From an uncultured bacterium (GTDB taxonomy: Bacteria > Krumholzibacteriota > Krumholzibacteriia > Krumholzibacteriales > Krumholzibacteriaceae), in the NCBI GenBank assembly GCA_963786935.1, contig CAWBAN010000001.1, positions 1,248,001-1,312,000 of the forward strand: a DNA stretch of 64,000 bases, given 5' to 3'. Of this stretch, positions 55,004 through 64,000 are shown in pieces. The translations under genes were made by a program, and so were the position numbers. Position 1 is the first letter of the stretch; each line of letters begins with the position of its first letter. The notes beneath the pieces are model-generated. The model ran no database searches. It was given only the letters and a program-made list of their open reading frames with translations, and had not been told where the DNA came from.

Positions 55004-56011
55004 GTGGAACGGTCCAAAAGAAATCTGACGCGTCGCGATTTTCTCATCCGCTCGGCCGCGGTCGCGGCGGCCGCGGCGTTGTCGGGATCGCTCCCCGGCT
55101 GCTCGAAGGACGAAGACAGCGCGGCGGCGCCGAAACGCCCAGCGCCCGGCGAAGCCGGCATGCCGATGCGATCGCTCGGCAAAACGGGTCTCCAGGTCTC
55201 GATCCTGAGCTTCGGCGGCGGCTCTTATTTCCTCTACAATCAGGACGGCCAGTGGGAGCCGATGCTCGAAGAGGCGGTAAATTCGGGCATAAACCTCTTC
55301 GACACATGCTCGTGTTACACGCTCTCCGGCACGAAGACGAGCGAGGAGCGCTACGGCATGGTTCTGTCGCCGCACCGCCAGCGCCTCGTGATCTCCACGA
55401 AATTCGACGCGAGAACATCGGACGGCGCGGCGGCCGAGTTCGAGCGGAGCCTGCGCGCCCTGCGGACGGATTACGTGGATATTCTCCTCATCCACAACGT
55501 CGTGTCGACCGACAGCCTCGCGACGATCGAGCAGGGCGCCTACCGGCGGCTCGTGCGGCTCAAGGAAGAGGGCGCGGCGAGATTCATCGGCTTTTCGAGC
55601 ATGTCGAGCGCCGCGAAATCGAGGGAGCTCCTCGAGAACCTCGATTTCGACGTCGTCATGCTCGCGCTCAGCCCCACGAGATACGGGGACTACGCGAGCA
55701 CGGTCCTCCCGCTCGCGTGCGAGAAGCGCGTCGGCGTCATCGCCATGAAGACGATGTCGGGCGCGGTGAACGAGTTCGCCACGCCCAAGGAGCTGCTCGA
55801 TTATGCATGGACGACCGCCGGCGTCTCATCCGCGGTGGTCGGACACTATCTGCTCGAAGGGCTTCGGGAGAACGTCGCGCTCGCGAAGGATTTCGAGATC
55901 GACTGGCCGGCGCCGACATCTCGCACTGCGCTCGAATCGCGGCTCTCGCCTCTCGCGGGCCCCCGCGCGCTCTACTGGGCCCGCCCGGATTACCGCGACT
56001 GCGGCAGCTAG
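55004..56011 (+). CDS. Aldo/keto reductase with Tat (lipo)protein signal
   Basis: TRRDFL...LPGC signal; R.LGKTG..VS, FDTCSCY, STK, SL..LRTDYVD.LLIH, IGFS, AMK. Confidence 0.88.
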   Translation: MERSKRNLTRRDFLIRSAAVAAAAALSGSLPGCSKDEDSAAAPKRPAPGEAGMPMRSLGKTGLQVSILSFGGGSYFLYNQDGQWEPMLEEAVNSGINLFDTCSCYTLSGTKTSEERYGMVLSPHRQRLVISTKFDARTSDGAAAEFERSLRALRTDYVDILLIHNVVSTDSLATIEQGAYRRLVRLKEEGAARFIGFSSMSSAAKSRELLENLDFDVVMLALSPTRYGDYASTVLPLACEKRVGVIAMKTMSGAVNEFATPKELLDYAWTTAGVSSAVVGHYLLEGLRENVALAKDFEIDWPAPTSRTALESRLSPLAGPRALYWARPDYRDCGS

Positions 56012-56027
56012 ACAATATAGATCCATA

Positions 56028-58004
56028 TCAGCGAACGAGGACGATCTTCATCGTCGTTCGAATTCCGTCTCCCGTAAGCGTGCAGTAGTAGACCCCCGGG
56101 GCGGCCGGCGAGCCGTTCTCCCTCGTGCCGTTCCAGAGCGCCGCGTGGCGCCCGCCGGCCTGGCGTCCCCGGCACAGGCGGGCGACGAGCGCGCCGTCGC
56201 ACGAGAACACGGAGAGATCGACCGTCATCGCGGACGGAACGTCATACGGAATCACCGTCCCGGCGCTGAAGGGATTCGGGTAATTCTGGAAGAGCGCGAG
56301 CTTCGCCGCCGGCACGCGAACCGGGCCGGTCTCGAAGAGCACCGTCGAGGATCCGCCCTCGACGGCCGTTCCCCGGTAGAAATACGCTGTGCCCGCTTCG
56401 GCGGAGCCGTCGCGGAACGAATACGCCGTCCCATCGCGTTCGACGGCTCCCGCGAGGCGAACGAAACGGTCCCGCGCGCCCTCCGACGACCGCGCGATCT
56501 CGATCGCCGTCTCCGGAAGCGCGCGGGAGAGCGTCCATCGAAGCGTGATCCCGCCGTCGCGGACTTCCGCCTCGCAGCTCTGCAGGAACGTCGACACGGG
56601 CTCTCCGTTCGCACGAACCCGCTGCGCGTAGATATCCCAGCTGCCCGAGCGCGCGTCTTCCCACGCGAAGATCGCTCCGCCTTCTCCGTCGGCGGCCGCC
56701 GTGACGCGCCGCTGGCTGCCGGGCGACACGCAGACGGGGATGCCCTCGCTCCGCCACTGCAGGATTCCCGATCCCGACACCTTGTTCGCCCGGATATCCG
56801 TGCCGTCGCCCGACCGGTAATCGTGCCACGCCGCGATCGCGCCCCCCACACCGTCGAAGACGAGCGCCGGATCGGCCTGTCTGAACGGCTCCGCGCACAG
56901 CGCAACGCCGCCGGCGCCCCACTCGACGCCGCCTTGTCCGTTCACGCGCTGCGCGAATATGTCGTGGCTCGTCCCGCTCCTGAGATCGATCCACGCGAAA
57001 TAGGCGCCCCCCTCGCCGTCGCTCGCCAGAATCGGATCGAACTGATCGTCCTCCTCGATACACACGGGCACGCCCGATTCCGCCCAGATCAGATCTCCCC
57101 CCGCGCCGATATGCTGCGCATAGACGTGGCTGCTCGCGCCGTTCCGGAAATCGTGCCACACGACGATCGCGCCCTGGTTTCCGTCCGGAATGGCCGACGG
57201 CGACCATTGCCCCGGCGGCGCGTCGCACAGGGGGATTCCTTCATCCGGCCACATAGATTCGCCGAAACGGTCGAGCCGCTGCGCGTAGATCGTGCTCGCG
57301 AAATCGCACGCTCGGTTGTCTTCCCAAACGACGACGACGCCGCCGTCGCCGTCGGCGACGGACGCCGTCACGGGATGCATGAACGCGCGGTTGAAATTCG
57401 CGACACCGCAGACCTCAACGCCGTCGGTCTGCCACATGGGCACTCCCCTGGCATCCACCCGCTGCGCATAAAGACCGTAGCCCCCCGCGCGATTATCCCA
57501 CCACGTGATGATGGCTCCTCCCTCGCCGTCCGCGCAGATGGACGGATACCACTGCGTGCCGATCGCGGTGCAGATCGGCACGCCGTTCGGCTGCCAGACG
57601 AAGGAGCCGTCGCCGCGGATTCGCTGCGTATAGATGTCGCACTCTTCGAAGCTCCTCGTATCGATCCAGGCGACGATGACGCCCCCCTCGTTGTCCGGAA
57701 TCATGACCGGGTCCCACTCCTCGCTGGGCAGACTGCAGGGAGAAACGCCGTCGCGCCGCCATCCCGGCGATCCGGCGTTGCTGACGCTCTGGAGGAAGAC
57801 GCTCCCCATCTCCCGATCGTCCTGCCAGACGACGATGAATCCCCCGAAGCCGTTCGGGATGACGCGCGGAGTGGTCTGCCAGTTGGGGGCCGTGCACAGC
57901 GGAGTGCCGCCTCCGACCCAGAGCGAGCTCCCCTGCGCGCATCGAACGCAGAGAAAAAGAGATAGAAAGATGACTGAAAGCGGAATCTTCAGCAATTTCG
58001 ACAT
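56028..58004 (-). CDS. Secreted beta-propeller repeat protein with FN3-like and FlgD-Ig/T9SS-like C-terminal domains
   Basis: Signal peptide; eight ~60-aa repeats DGxGG...WxDxR...IYAQR...W...G..VC...Q..P; C-terminal QNYPNPF...WNG...GVYYC. Confidence 0.82.
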   Translation of the reverse strand: MSKLLKIPLSVIFLSLFLCVRCAQGSSLWVGGGTPLCTAPNWQTTPRVIPNGFGGFIVVWQDDREMGSVFLQSVSNAGSPGWRRDGVSPCSLPSEEWDPVMIPDNEGGVIVAWIDTRSFEECDIYTQRIRGDGSFVWQPNGVPICTAIGTQWYPSICADGEGGAIITWWDNRAGGYGLYAQRVDARGVPMWQTDGVEVCGVANFNRAFMHPVTASVADGDGGVVVVWEDNRACDFASTIYAQRLDRFGESMWPDEGIPLCDAPPGQWSPSAIPDGNQGAIVVWHDFRNGASSHVYAQHIGAGGDLIWAESGVPVCIEEDDQFDPILASDGEGGAYFAWIDLRSGTSHDIFAQRVNGQGGVEWGAGGVALCAEPFRQADPALVFDGVGGAIAAWHDYRSGDGTDIRANKVSGSGILQWRSEGIPVCVSPGSQRRVTAAADGEGGAIFAWEDARSGSWDIYAQRVRANGEPVSTFLQSCEAEVRDGGITLRWTLSRALPETAIEIARSSEGARDRFVRLAGAVERDGTAYSFRDGSAEAGTAYFYRGTAVEGGSSTVLFETGPVRVPAAKLALFQNYPNPFSAGTVIPYDVPSAMTVDLSVFSCDGALVARLCRGRQAGGRHAALWNGTRENGSPAAPGVYYCTLTGDGIRTTMKIVLVR

Positions 58005-58175
58005 TTGATGGACCTCGGCTTTAGATGCCGCGGCTTCTGCATGTCGCACTATTTTCTTCTTAAAGAATATGGTATCATCATATATAATGGAAGTCTAGCG
58101 AGTTCTTGGGGACATAATGCATTTGCCGGAGCGAGCAATATAAAGAGAATCGCGGCTGTCTACGGGAGAATCGAG

Positions 58176-59300
58176 ATGACACTCCGTCGGGCGTGCGGCG
58201 TTGCGGCATTCGTTATGGCGCTGTGCGCGGCAAGCTCGCCGGCGTCAGGCGATGATCCATTCGTGCTCTATGTCTCTCCGGCCGGAAACGACACCGCCGC
58301 GGGGACCTTCGAAGCGCCGATCCGAAGCTTCGAGCGCGCAGGGGAAATCCTCGCCGCCGAGGCGCCCGACAGCGACGTCGTTATTCGTCTGCGGAGCGAC
58401 CAAGGGACCTACGTCGATTATTCAATCGTCTGGACTTATTACAATCCCTCTCATACGACGACTTTCGAGCCGTTCCCGGCCGATACTCCTGCCGTGTTCA
58501 GGGGGGACGGCGCCGATCCGCCGCCGCGACCGTTCTTCACGCTCGATGCCGCCCGCGGCGAGCCGACGAACCTCGTGTTCAAAGGGCTCCGCATCGAGGC
58601 GTACGCGAGCAGGATCTTCTATTTCCTCGGGAACCGCGAGAATCCCGCGGGCGGATGGAACGGCCGCAACCGGATCGTCGACTGCATGTTCAGGAACATC
58701 GGCAACTACTGGTCGCCGGCGAGCCCGATCGTCTACGGGGCGATCACGTTCGTCAACTCGACCGACAACGTCATCGAGAACTGCGTCTTCTCCGCCTTCG
58801 CGAACGCCAACACGGCCGTGAGCCTGAGCGACGCGCGGGAGTTTCCCGAGATCTCACTCGACGTCGAGGAGGCGGCGGAGGGAACCGGCGCCGCGGCCGC
58901 GACGGCGCTCCCCATCATCGGCGTGTACGTCGCCCATCACAGCTCGCGCGACACGATCCGCGCCTGCACGATGGACAGCATCTTCGGCGATCCGGTGCGC
59001 ATCCGCGACGCATCGAACGGCACGCTCATCGACCAGTGCGTCTTCACGCGCGCCGGGCACAACGCCGTCTGCTCGATGTGGTTCTGCGACGCCGAGTATC
59101 TCGACTGCGACAAGGTCCACCCCGAATGCCCTCCCTGCTTCGCCGTTCTCAGAAACTGCGTCGCGTACGGCGACCGCAATTGCGCCGTGCCGAGGCTCTT
59201 CAAGGATCTCAACGTAACTTACTCGAGGCGATGCGCGCCGGCGTGCGGGATCATGGACCGGATGACGATCGAAAACACGTACGCCGGACCGTGCCCCTAG
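58176..59300 (+). CDS. Secreted right-handed beta-helix (pectin lyase-like) protein with Cys-rich C-terminus
   Basis: Signal peptide; YVSPAGND...GT...P; repeated N.I.NC.F strands. Confidence 0.7.
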   Translation: MTLRRACGVAAFVMALCAASSPASGDDPFVLYVSPAGNDTAAGTFEAPIRSFERAGEILAAEAPDSDVVIRLRSDQGTYVDYSIVWTYYNPSHTTTFEPFPADTPAVFRGDGADPPPRPFFTLDAARGEPTNLVFKGLRIEAYASRIFYFLGNRENPAGGWNGRNRIVDCMFRNIGNYWSPASPIVYGAITFVNSTDNVIENCVFSAFANANTAVSLSDAREFPEISLDVEEAAEGTGAAAATALPIIGVYVAHHSSRDTIRACTMDSIFGDPVRIRDASNGTLIDQCVFTRAGHNAVCSMWFCDAEYLDCDKVHPECPPCFAVLRNCVAYGDRNCAVPRLFKDLNVTYSRRCAPACGIMDRMTIENTYAGPCP

Positions 59301-59372
59301 ATGCGCATGTGGACCGGATCGTGCGTGCCGTAATCACTCATAACACTTACTTAACCAGCCTCGCTTCGGAAG

Positions 59373-62300
59373 TCAGTTAGCGGCGTGACGTCGGCAATGG
59401 TCGATCAATGCACCCAGTAGGCCTCCAGTCTTATCGCAAAGCTTCTCGTTGGCTACAACATGCAGTTCCCTTCTGGCACGCGTGATGGCCACATTCAGCA
59501 GATTCTTGGAATCCGTCGCAGGATCGTGAACCCACCTGATTGTCCCCGGGGGCATGTTGTCGGAAACGACCAGAGAAAAAACCATGACATCCCGCTCGTC
59601 ACCCTGGAAACCATGCGCCGTGGAAACGGTAACCATACCAGAGTCACCCGCGAAAAGGGAATTGGCCCTCAGTTGGCTGATGATGGCCTCGGCCTGCTGC
59701 CGGAACGGGGTGACAACGCCGATCTGAGAATGATCGTATCCCTTCTTTATCGCCTCGGCGACCAGCCGCTGAACTTCGTCGATCTCGGCTGGATTGGACC
59801 AACGCCGGTGGGCCTCGCCTTCGCAAGCGTGGAGAAATACGCCGGGGCGATCATCGCGAGTAGTCCGAATGCGGAGACACCCGTCATAGAAACAGCGGTT
59901 GCTGTAGTCGATGATGTCGGGGTGACATCTATAATGATCCTTGAGCAAGAGCCGCCTCCCACCGGCGGCCGTGAAGCGATCATAGGCGAGATCGAGCATG
60001 CTCGAGCTGCAGAAGTCGTACCGCCTGAAGGAGTCGCCAAGCAGACCGTATGCCTTAAGCAGCTTCTGATTCTTGTTGTCGGGCATGGTGACAACAGGTC
60101 GAAGCTGCATCTCGTCTCCGATAATCACTGCCCTGCGCGCCCGGTACAGGATGGGTAGACACGATGCCACGTCGGCCTGCGAGGCCTCATCGATCACAGC
60201 CAGGTCGAAGAGCCCCGCGGCAAGGGGAATCTTGTTCCCCACTGAGAGGGTCGTAGTCGCGCAGCAGGGAAAAACCTTCATAACGTCGTCGAAGGGCGTC
60301 CGACTTCTCGAATCCCCCAGGAGATTCACTACCGATTTGATCACTTCGCTATCGCGGCGCCTATGCCATTGAAGCGTAAGCAATTTCTTGGAGGGCTCGA
60401 TGCGACTAGTTTCAACTTCGCTCCACTCCTTGAGAATCTGCGCCTCGTCGAACTGGTCCAGTATCTCCCAAGTATCAGTATGCTGCCGGCTCAGCGAGTT
60501 CATAATCTCAAGGGCCGGCAAAAACCTCGCGGATGCGACCTGGAGATTCTCGTTGCCAATAGCCGATATCAACTCAGCGGGCAGATGCTCGTTTAGCTGC
60601 CGATTGAGTTCGTCTTGCAACAGCTTCTCGAACTTCTCTCGATTGAGCATCGCACCCAGTCCGTATCCCTTCTTGAAACTGGTCACCGTGCGGCCAATCA
60701 ATCCTGCCCCGGCATGTGATTCGCGCTCATGGATTCCTGCAAGTCGCCGCCAGATACTTGCTCCAAAATCGGTGCTTTGCTTATCATGCCAATCAGTCAG
60801 CCCAAACAGCGCATCATTCTGATCGCGCATCGCTTCCATCTGCTGATCGATCTGATCTATATTGCGCCGCGCCTTGCGGGCTTGTTCAAGACCCAGGTAT
60901 AGCTGCTGGAGCTTTGCAGATTTATCGCGCAGCTCAACGCGGATGGCGCGCTCCTGACTCTTGAGCTCGAGAAAGTGATCGGAATCGATGGGGTCAAGAG
61001 CACTCAGGAAAGCTGCGAATCTCTGGTTTTGATCGTTGCTCCCCGTACGGAACACAAACGGAAATCTCAATATGCCGCCGTTCATGCGATCGACAACGAC
61101 ATCCACGGCCTTGTTATTGCGGCTCGCGAAAATCACCTTTCTTCCACCATCGACCATATTGACAATAATATTCTGAATCAGTTGCGTCTTGCCGGTACCC
61201 GGCGGGCCAGAGATAACTTGAAGCAAACCCTTATCTTCTACGGCAAGCCCAACGCCCTGGCTTTGTTCGAAGTTCGATGGGATCACACACAAGTTGGGAG
61301 GATGCCAATCCTTCGAAACGTGCTCCGGCGCCAAGCCGTCCAGTATCCGCCAAGCAAGATTGTCTCTCGATTCCGGCTGACCGCTCCAGATATCGCGTAT
61401 TTTGCCCATATCCCGGAGAAGCCGGTTGTACATGCCCGAGGTCGACTGAAACAGCAGCGCGAGAGGCAGCAATCCTTCATTCAATGCGGCATAGTCGTAG
61501 CCGCCCATCTGTTTGAAGCCAGGGTTCCACTCCACCTCCAACGCATCCAGGAGATAGCGAATCTGGTTCTCGACTGAACCGGCGGTTTCCACCTCGCGCA
61601 GCAACTCCTCGATCTCCTCCGTCGTAAGACTCTGTATGGCCGTGAAGCGCCGTATGGCTGAACGGTTGACCGTCACTTCGTCCTTGCTAAGGGCCTGGCA
61701 GAAGAACCGACCCTTCTCCCGTATGATGCGCATGTCCCTCATCACCAAAGGCTCGGCGTAGAATGTCGGGTGATCCTTCCAAATCTGCTTGACGATGATA
61801 GGAAGATATCCATAGGTAAATCGGGCATCAGGGGTCAGGAAGCGATCGGGAATACGCAGACTATCGAGCTCGAATTGCCCATTGCCGAAGAACACCGACT
61901 CGCTGCAATTCTGCACGAAATAGAAGAGGTCCGGCTTCGATAGATCGATGCTAGATCCCTGCTTAGCCAACTCCTGAATGCAGTCGATGTAATATCGCAG
62001 CACGCGCAGCGGGACAGGCTCACCAAGCACGCTTTCCGGAACTGATACATCAACCTCCTCTTGTTTGGATCTGGAGGCGATGCGCGTACCCATGCTCACG
62101 ATTGGCTGGAGCGCATATTCCGGGAAGACAACATCCTCAACGGAGGGCTCCGAACCCGCAAACTTGAATTCTTCCGCCTTCAGCAATGACGCCAAAGCCC
62201 TTATGGACCGATCAGTCAGGTGGATCTGCGGCCGCGGGTCCGTCTTGTGATGAATTGGATCCGTAGTAAGATCACAGAGGAACTTGGCGATGTCGTATCC

Positions 62301-62864
62301 TGCCGCTGCCTGCGAATCCAAGACACAAACGGTCGTTCTCATCCAACTGGTTGGCGGCGCGGATGCGAACTGCGCATTTGCTGCAGAGAAAAGGACGACT
62401 TTTTGAAGCTTGTACCATAAAGAGCCCTTTGATTCGTCATCAGCAAACTTCGCCTCAAAGGTTTCAAGAAAAGCCTGCACGGCTTGCCCGTTGTTCATGA
62501 CCTGCCCATAAGGGGAAGGACCGTTTTCGTTGATAACACCCCGGCGCCCCTCGCTCTCAAAGGTCCATGGCTCCCATATGTCACTCTTCTCAACAGGAAA
62601 AGTGATCAGTCCGGGATAGCTCTTGAGCTCGACCACAGCCACCGCATCCTTCTTAAGCACAATGATGTCCGGCGACACGCCTCTGTAGACTCGCGCCTTC
62701 ATCTGACTGGGGGAGTGATATTCCACGTCGGGTAGCGTGGCGTTCGCGATGAGAAATATGTCCTCTTCAACGCCATCTGCAGCAAGCTTCTCGCATAGCT
62801 TTCGGAACGCCTGTCGTTCGTGAGTGCGCGAGTAGTCACCAACCTTGAAGGCATGGACATTCAT
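59373..62864 (-). CDS. NERD-like nuclease fused to SF1 (DNA2/NAM7/Upf1-like) helicase
   Basis: N-terminal HE...PDIIVL...VVELK...SPYGQV; helicase motifs GPPGTGKT, NNKAVD, DEASQ, GDEMQL, HYRC, TPFRQQ, FQGDERD, NVAITRAR; GAGGAG RBS; GC lower than the host background. Confidence 0.88.
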   Translation of the reverse strand: MNVHAFKVGDYSRTHERQAFRKLCEKLAADGVEEDIFLIANATLPDVEYHSPSQMKARVYRGVSPDIIVLKKDAVAVVELKSYPGLITFPVEKSDIWEPWTFESEGRRGVINENGPSPYGQVMNNGQAVQAFLETFEAKFADDESKGSLWYKLQKVVLFSAANAQFASAPPTSWMRTTVCVLDSQAAAGYDIAKFLCDLTTDPIHHKTDPRPQIHLTDRSIRALASLLKAEEFKFAGSEPSVEDVVFPEYALQPIVSMGTRIASRSKQEEVDVSVPESVLGEPVPLRVLRYYIDCIQELAKQGSSIDLSKPDLFYFVQNCSESVFFGNGQFELDSLRIPDRFLTPDARFTYGYLPIIVKQIWKDHPTFYAEPLVMRDMRIIREKGRFFCQALSKDEVTVNRSAIRRFTAIQSLTTEEIEELLREVETAGSVENQIRYLLDALEVEWNPGFKQMGGYDYAALNEGLLPLALLFQSTSGMYNRLLRDMGKIRDIWSGQPESRDNLAWRILDGLAPEHVSKDWHPPNLCVIPSNFEQSQGVGLAVEDKGLLQVISGPPGTGKTQLIQNIIVNMVDGGRKVIFASRNNKAVDVVVDRMNGGILRFPFVFRTGSNDQNQRFAAFLSALDPIDSDHFLELKSQERAIRVELRDKSAKLQQLYLGLEQARKARRNIDQIDQQMEAMRDQNDALFGLTDWHDKQSTDFGASIWRRLAGIHERESHAGAGLIGRTVTSFKKGYGLGAMLNREKFEKLLQDELNRQLNEHLPAELISAIGNENLQVASARFLPALEIMNSLSRQHTDTWEILDQFDEAQILKEWSEVETSRIEPSKKLLTLQWHRRRDSEVIKSVVNLLGDSRSRTPFDDVMKVFPCCATTTLSVGNKIPLAAGLFDLAVIDEASQADVASCLPILYRARRAVIIGDEMQLRPVVTMPDNKNQKLLKAYGLLGDSFRRYDFCSSSMLDLAYDRFTAAGGRRLLLKDHYRCHPDIIDYSNRCFYDGCLRIRTTRDDRPGVFLHACEGEAHRRWSNPAEIDEVQRLVAEAIKKGYDHSQIGVVTPFRQQAEAIISQLRANSLFAGDSGMVTVSTAHGFQGDERDVMVFSLVVSDNMPPGTIRWVHDPATDSKNLLNVAITRARRELHVVANEKLCDKTGGLLGALIDHCRRHAAN

Positions 62865-62879
62865 GGGGCAGCTCCTCAC

Positions 62880-64000
62880 TCATTCTTGATCCCTCGGTGT
62901 CTTTTCGGCCCTGCGCAAAGCCGCAAGCGCTTCCGCCACTTCCCGCCCCTTAGCTTCGATCACGTCCAGAATCTCTTCCGGCGTCCGCTTCGTCCACCAC
63001 GACTTTGCGGTTCGGGTTGACGGCCTTGATGTCGTAGCCCCGCGCCTCGATCTCGGCACGGCTAATGGTCCAGCTCCGTTCGCTTTCGCCGCGCTGCGGC
63101 AGCAGCCGGAAGAATTCCTCGAAGTGCGCCACGGTGAGGGGCGATTTCTTCCCCACCTTGATGTCGGAAAGATCGTAGTACCAGATGCGCTCGGTGGGTT
63201 TGCCGCGCGTGAAGAACAGCAGATTTGTCTTCACGCCCGCGCCGGCGTTCACGAACGCGCCGCCCGGGAGGCTCACGAGAGCCCAGAGGTCGCAATCGTC
63301 CAGAAGCTTGCGTTTGGTCTGCACGAATGCGGTCTCGTTCGTGCGGAAGAGCACGCCCTCGTCGAGCACGATGCCGCAGCGGCCACCGGGCTTGAGCGAG
63401 TCGATCACGTGCTGGAGAAAGAGCACCTGCGTGGCGCCGGTCTTGTAGGCGAAGCGCGTCTGCGCTTCCTTGCCTTCCTTTCCGCCGAAGGGCGGATTCG
63501 TCAGCACCACGTCGTAGAGCGCGGGGGCGTCCTGAAAGAGCCCGCCGTAGATTTCGTTCCCGGTGAGCGTGTTCCCGTGCCACAGATGCGGCTCGTCGAT
63601 ACCGTGCAGCACGAGGTTGGCCAGGGCAATGGGGTACGCAATGTTATCCTTCTCGCGGCCGTAGAGCGACTGATGACCAAGGGTCTCGAGCTGGGCCGCC
63701 GTGGCCGATCGCCCGAGCCCCGAGCGCATGTGCTTGAACGCCTCGATGAGAAAGCCGCCCGTTCCGCAGCCAGGGTCATACACCGTCTCGCCGGGCTTCG
63801 GGTCGATGGCCCGCACCATGGCTCGTATGACCTCGCGCGGGGTGAAGAACTGGCCGCCGTCGTTCCCCTTCTCCCCCATCTTGAGGAGCAGCCCCTCGTA
63901 AACCTGCGAAAGCGGAAAAACGTGCGTCGGATCGATGGTCTCGACGGTGATCTCCTGCACCTTGTCGAGCACGTCGAGCAGGTTGCGCTCCGTATCGATG
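62880..64000 (-). CDS. hsdM: Type I restriction-modification methyltransferase subunit (N6-adenine), 5' end outside the window, frameshift near 62991
   Basis: GQFFTPR, DPGCGTGGFL, NPPFGG, LFLQH, GVLF, GVKTNLLFF. Removing one base at about 62991 gives DKRTPEEILDVIEAKGREVAEALAALR...* ending at 62880. Confidence 0.9.

Noticed and set aside
56600..57900. ~190-bp periodic repeats
   Set aside because: Explained by protein-level propeller repeats within the 56028-58004 CDS.
59301..59372. Possible att/dif/attC site at the border of the defence island
   Set aside because: The AT-rich stretch matches neither the XerC/XerD arm nor the attC consensus convincingly; no tRNA or partner repeat is visible in the window.

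Overview
High-GC bacterial chromosomal window, mostly housekeeping and envelope genes. The many secreted proteins with 'YPNPFNP' Ig-like C-terminal domains and C-terminal 'SWGxIK' motifs suggest an FCB-affiliated candidate lineage such as Krumholzibacteria/Latescibacteria/Eisenbacteria; this is inference, as no marker analysis was run. Contents: a LysR/inositol-synthesis locus (suhB-like IMPase, lysR, ino1), degP/htrA, a 2-oxoacid:ferredoxin oxidoreductase (alpha plus beta-gamma fusion), a C25 gingipain-like protease, a P-type ATPase, lepA-hemW, a lower-GC Ser/Thr kinase + lipoprotein pair, class II ribonucleotide reductase nrdJ with tandem NrdR boxes, rarA, a GlpX homologue with degenerate motifs, pyrE, sdhCDAB, an ECF sigma/ZAS anti-sigma pair and several secreted repeat proteins. 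The right end is the edge of a probable defence island: a type I RM methyltransferase followed by a 1163-aa NERD-nuclease/SF1 helicase. I saw no rRNA, tRNA, CRISPR array or transposase. Four single-base frameshifts (P-type ATPase, two in sdhA, hsdM) suggest residual sequencing errors. Best leads: the RM-linked NERD-helicase, the SWGxIK putative sorting signal, the GlpX pseudo-enzyme candidate and the LysR-controlled inositol locus.
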